A DNA stretch of 49,657 nucleotides from Octopus sinensis (taxonomy: Eukaryota), in NCBI RefSeq assembly GCF_006345805.1, contig NW_021834212.1, forward strand, positions 1-49,657, read 5' to 3'. Made by a program: the position numbers and the translations under genes. Shown here in pieces: positions 47,997 to 49,657 of this stretch (within the stretch, counting starts at the first letter, position 1; every line of letters starts with the position of its first letter). The notes under the pieces are model-generated. The model had not been told where the DNA came from and made no database searches. It saw only the letters and a list, made by a program, of their open reading frames with translations.

Positions 47997-48722
47997 AACA
48001 ATTGCAGCGTGGAAGGTGTTTGTAAGCCATTTAAGAAACACACAAAAGCCGTTCGATTCACTTCAACATTTAAGTTTAATTTGTCAAAATATTTTCGTCG
48101 CTAAAATCCGCGACCTGTTCATCATCATCATCATCATCGTTTAACGTCCGTTCTCCATGCTGGCATGGGTTGGACGGTTCGACCGGGGATCTGGGTAGCC
48201 AGAAGGCTGCACCAGGCTCCGGTCTTATCTGGCAATGTTTCTACAGCTGGATGCCCTTCCTAACGCCAACCACTCCATGAGTGTAGTGGGTGCTTTTTAC
48301 GTGCCACCTGCACTGGTGCCAGGCGAGGCTGGCATCGGCCAGGTCGGATTGGTGCATTTTACGTGCCACCGGCACGGAAGCCAGTTCGAGGCGGCACTGG
48401 CTTCGGCCACGATCGAGGTTGGTGCTTTTTACGTGCACCTGCACAGAAGCAGTCGAGGCGGCACTGGCTTCGGCCACGATTCAGATGGTGCTTTTTACGT
48501 GCCACCGACACGGAAGCCAGTCGGGGCGGCACTGGCATCGGCCACGAGTCGGATAGTGCTTTTTTTTGTTTGTGCTGCATCTCAGATTTTTGTCAGTGAA
48601 CAGGTCGCGGATTTTAGCGACGAAAATATTTTGAGAAATTAAACTTAAATGTTGAAGTGAATCGAATGGCTTTTGTGTGTTTCTTAAATGGCTTATAAAC
48701 ACCTTCCACGCTGCAATTGTTT
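47997..48722. mobile_element. Fold-back element (arms 47997-48120 and 48598-48722) with an RTE 3' module inserted between the arms
   Basis: ~125-bp near-perfect inverted arms. Confidence 0.85.
48589..48638 (+). ncRNA. Hammerhead-like motif with swapped G3-C8 core (GTGAACA)
   Basis: tttgtca-GTGAACA-g-gtcgc ggatttta gcgac-GAAA-ATAT-TT/tga(g/c)aaa. Confidence 0.5.
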
Positions 48723-48950
48723 TCGTTTCAGCACACAATCTCAGATCAAGTCACTTGCTATGCAAGTACATCTCCGTAAATAAACAGTTGCTGTAAAACT
48801 GAGAGAAAGAGACAAAACAGAATGAGAGAGAGAGAGAGAGACAAAGAGAGAGTGAATGAAATGAAGAGAATGAGAGAGAGAGAGAGCAGCTGACATTAAG
48901 TGAAAGAACAGGTGATACAAACTGAGAGAGAGAAAGAGAGAGAGTTTGAA

Positions 48951-48983
<33 letters not shown>

Positions 48984-49068
48984 GTATATATATATATATA
49001 TATTATATATATATATAATATGGTGTAATAGTATTAATGTGGTAACATCGTAGATTTCGTCATGGTAT

Positions 49069-49146
49069 ATGCTTGGCTGATGAAGATAGAATAAGATATG
49101 AGTGGCAGTCATATCTTGTAAAATCTGAAACCTGCAGGTCCCACAT
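49069..49146 (+). ncRNA. Type I hammerhead ribozyme, fully canonical, predicted cleavage after C49140
   Basis: TGG-CTGATGA-AGAT..ATAAGATATGA[gtggcag]TCATATCTTGT..ATCT-GAAACC-TGCA-GGTC/CCA. Confidence 0.85.
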
Positions 49147-49552
49147 TATCCTTTCCGGGTATTCATCTTTCAGAGTTCACCCTGGAGGTAAGACGTTTTC
49201 TCTAGTTTGTTGCACACACGCATTTTTACTAATACATACGCGGTGAAGCTATACATTATCGTCGTATTATTACGTTCGCTATTTTCCAGTAAATATCGGT
49301 ACTTCGTTGTGCCATATATTTACTACTTTGTATAATATATATATATGTATATATATACACACACACATATATATACATATATACACACGTGTGTATATAT
49401 GTATATATATATGTGTGTGTGTGTCTATCAATGAATATAAGTATTTGTATGTATGTACCTGGCTATCTATCTATCTACTTGTCTCTCTGTCTCTCTCTGT
49501 ATGCATGTTTATGTGTCTGCCTATATATATATATATGTGCGTGTACATATAT

Positions 49553-49657
49553 ATCACCGTGATCACTGTGACTGACCAGGCTATCAGATGTTGGTACACA
49601 TCGCTGGTCACAATGCGTTTCGCATTGTTTTAGCTTTCAAATGATTCCACCCCGCTG
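49553..49657 (-). mobile_element. 3' end of SINE family C, cut by the window edge
   Basis: Reverse complement of ~14430-14530. Confidence 0.8.

Overview
This is a eukaryotic, AT-rich, repeat-saturated window. The SINE/LINE families and the very high density of (TA)n/(CA)n/(AAT)n/(CAT)n microsatellites look like an octopus (coleoid cephalopod) genome; this is inferred from recognising the repeats, not from a search. Almost all ORFs in the supplied track are artefacts of microsatellites or decayed transposons. Identifiable contents: many tRNA-derived SINEs (at least 4 families); RTE, BovB-like, CR1 and R4/Dong LINE fragments; mariner/Tc1/maT/Tc2 and piggyBac-type DNA elements; a Helitron; and several minisatellites. 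Two hidden signals stand out. (1) The window appears to be mostly intron of a minus-strand gene, with three 30-nt phase-1 microexons (37466-37495, 33279-33308, 24550-24579). Two of them are duplicates differing almost only at synonymous sites. (2) About ten hammerhead-ribozyme-like motifs lie in short, often fold-back elements inserted in (TA)n tracts, resembling Penelope-like pseudo-LTRs. They include two intact canonical ones (49069-49146 +, 12551-12618 -) and non-canonical core variants (U4->C; a swapped G3-C8 pair). Boundaries were read by eye and may be off by a few bases.
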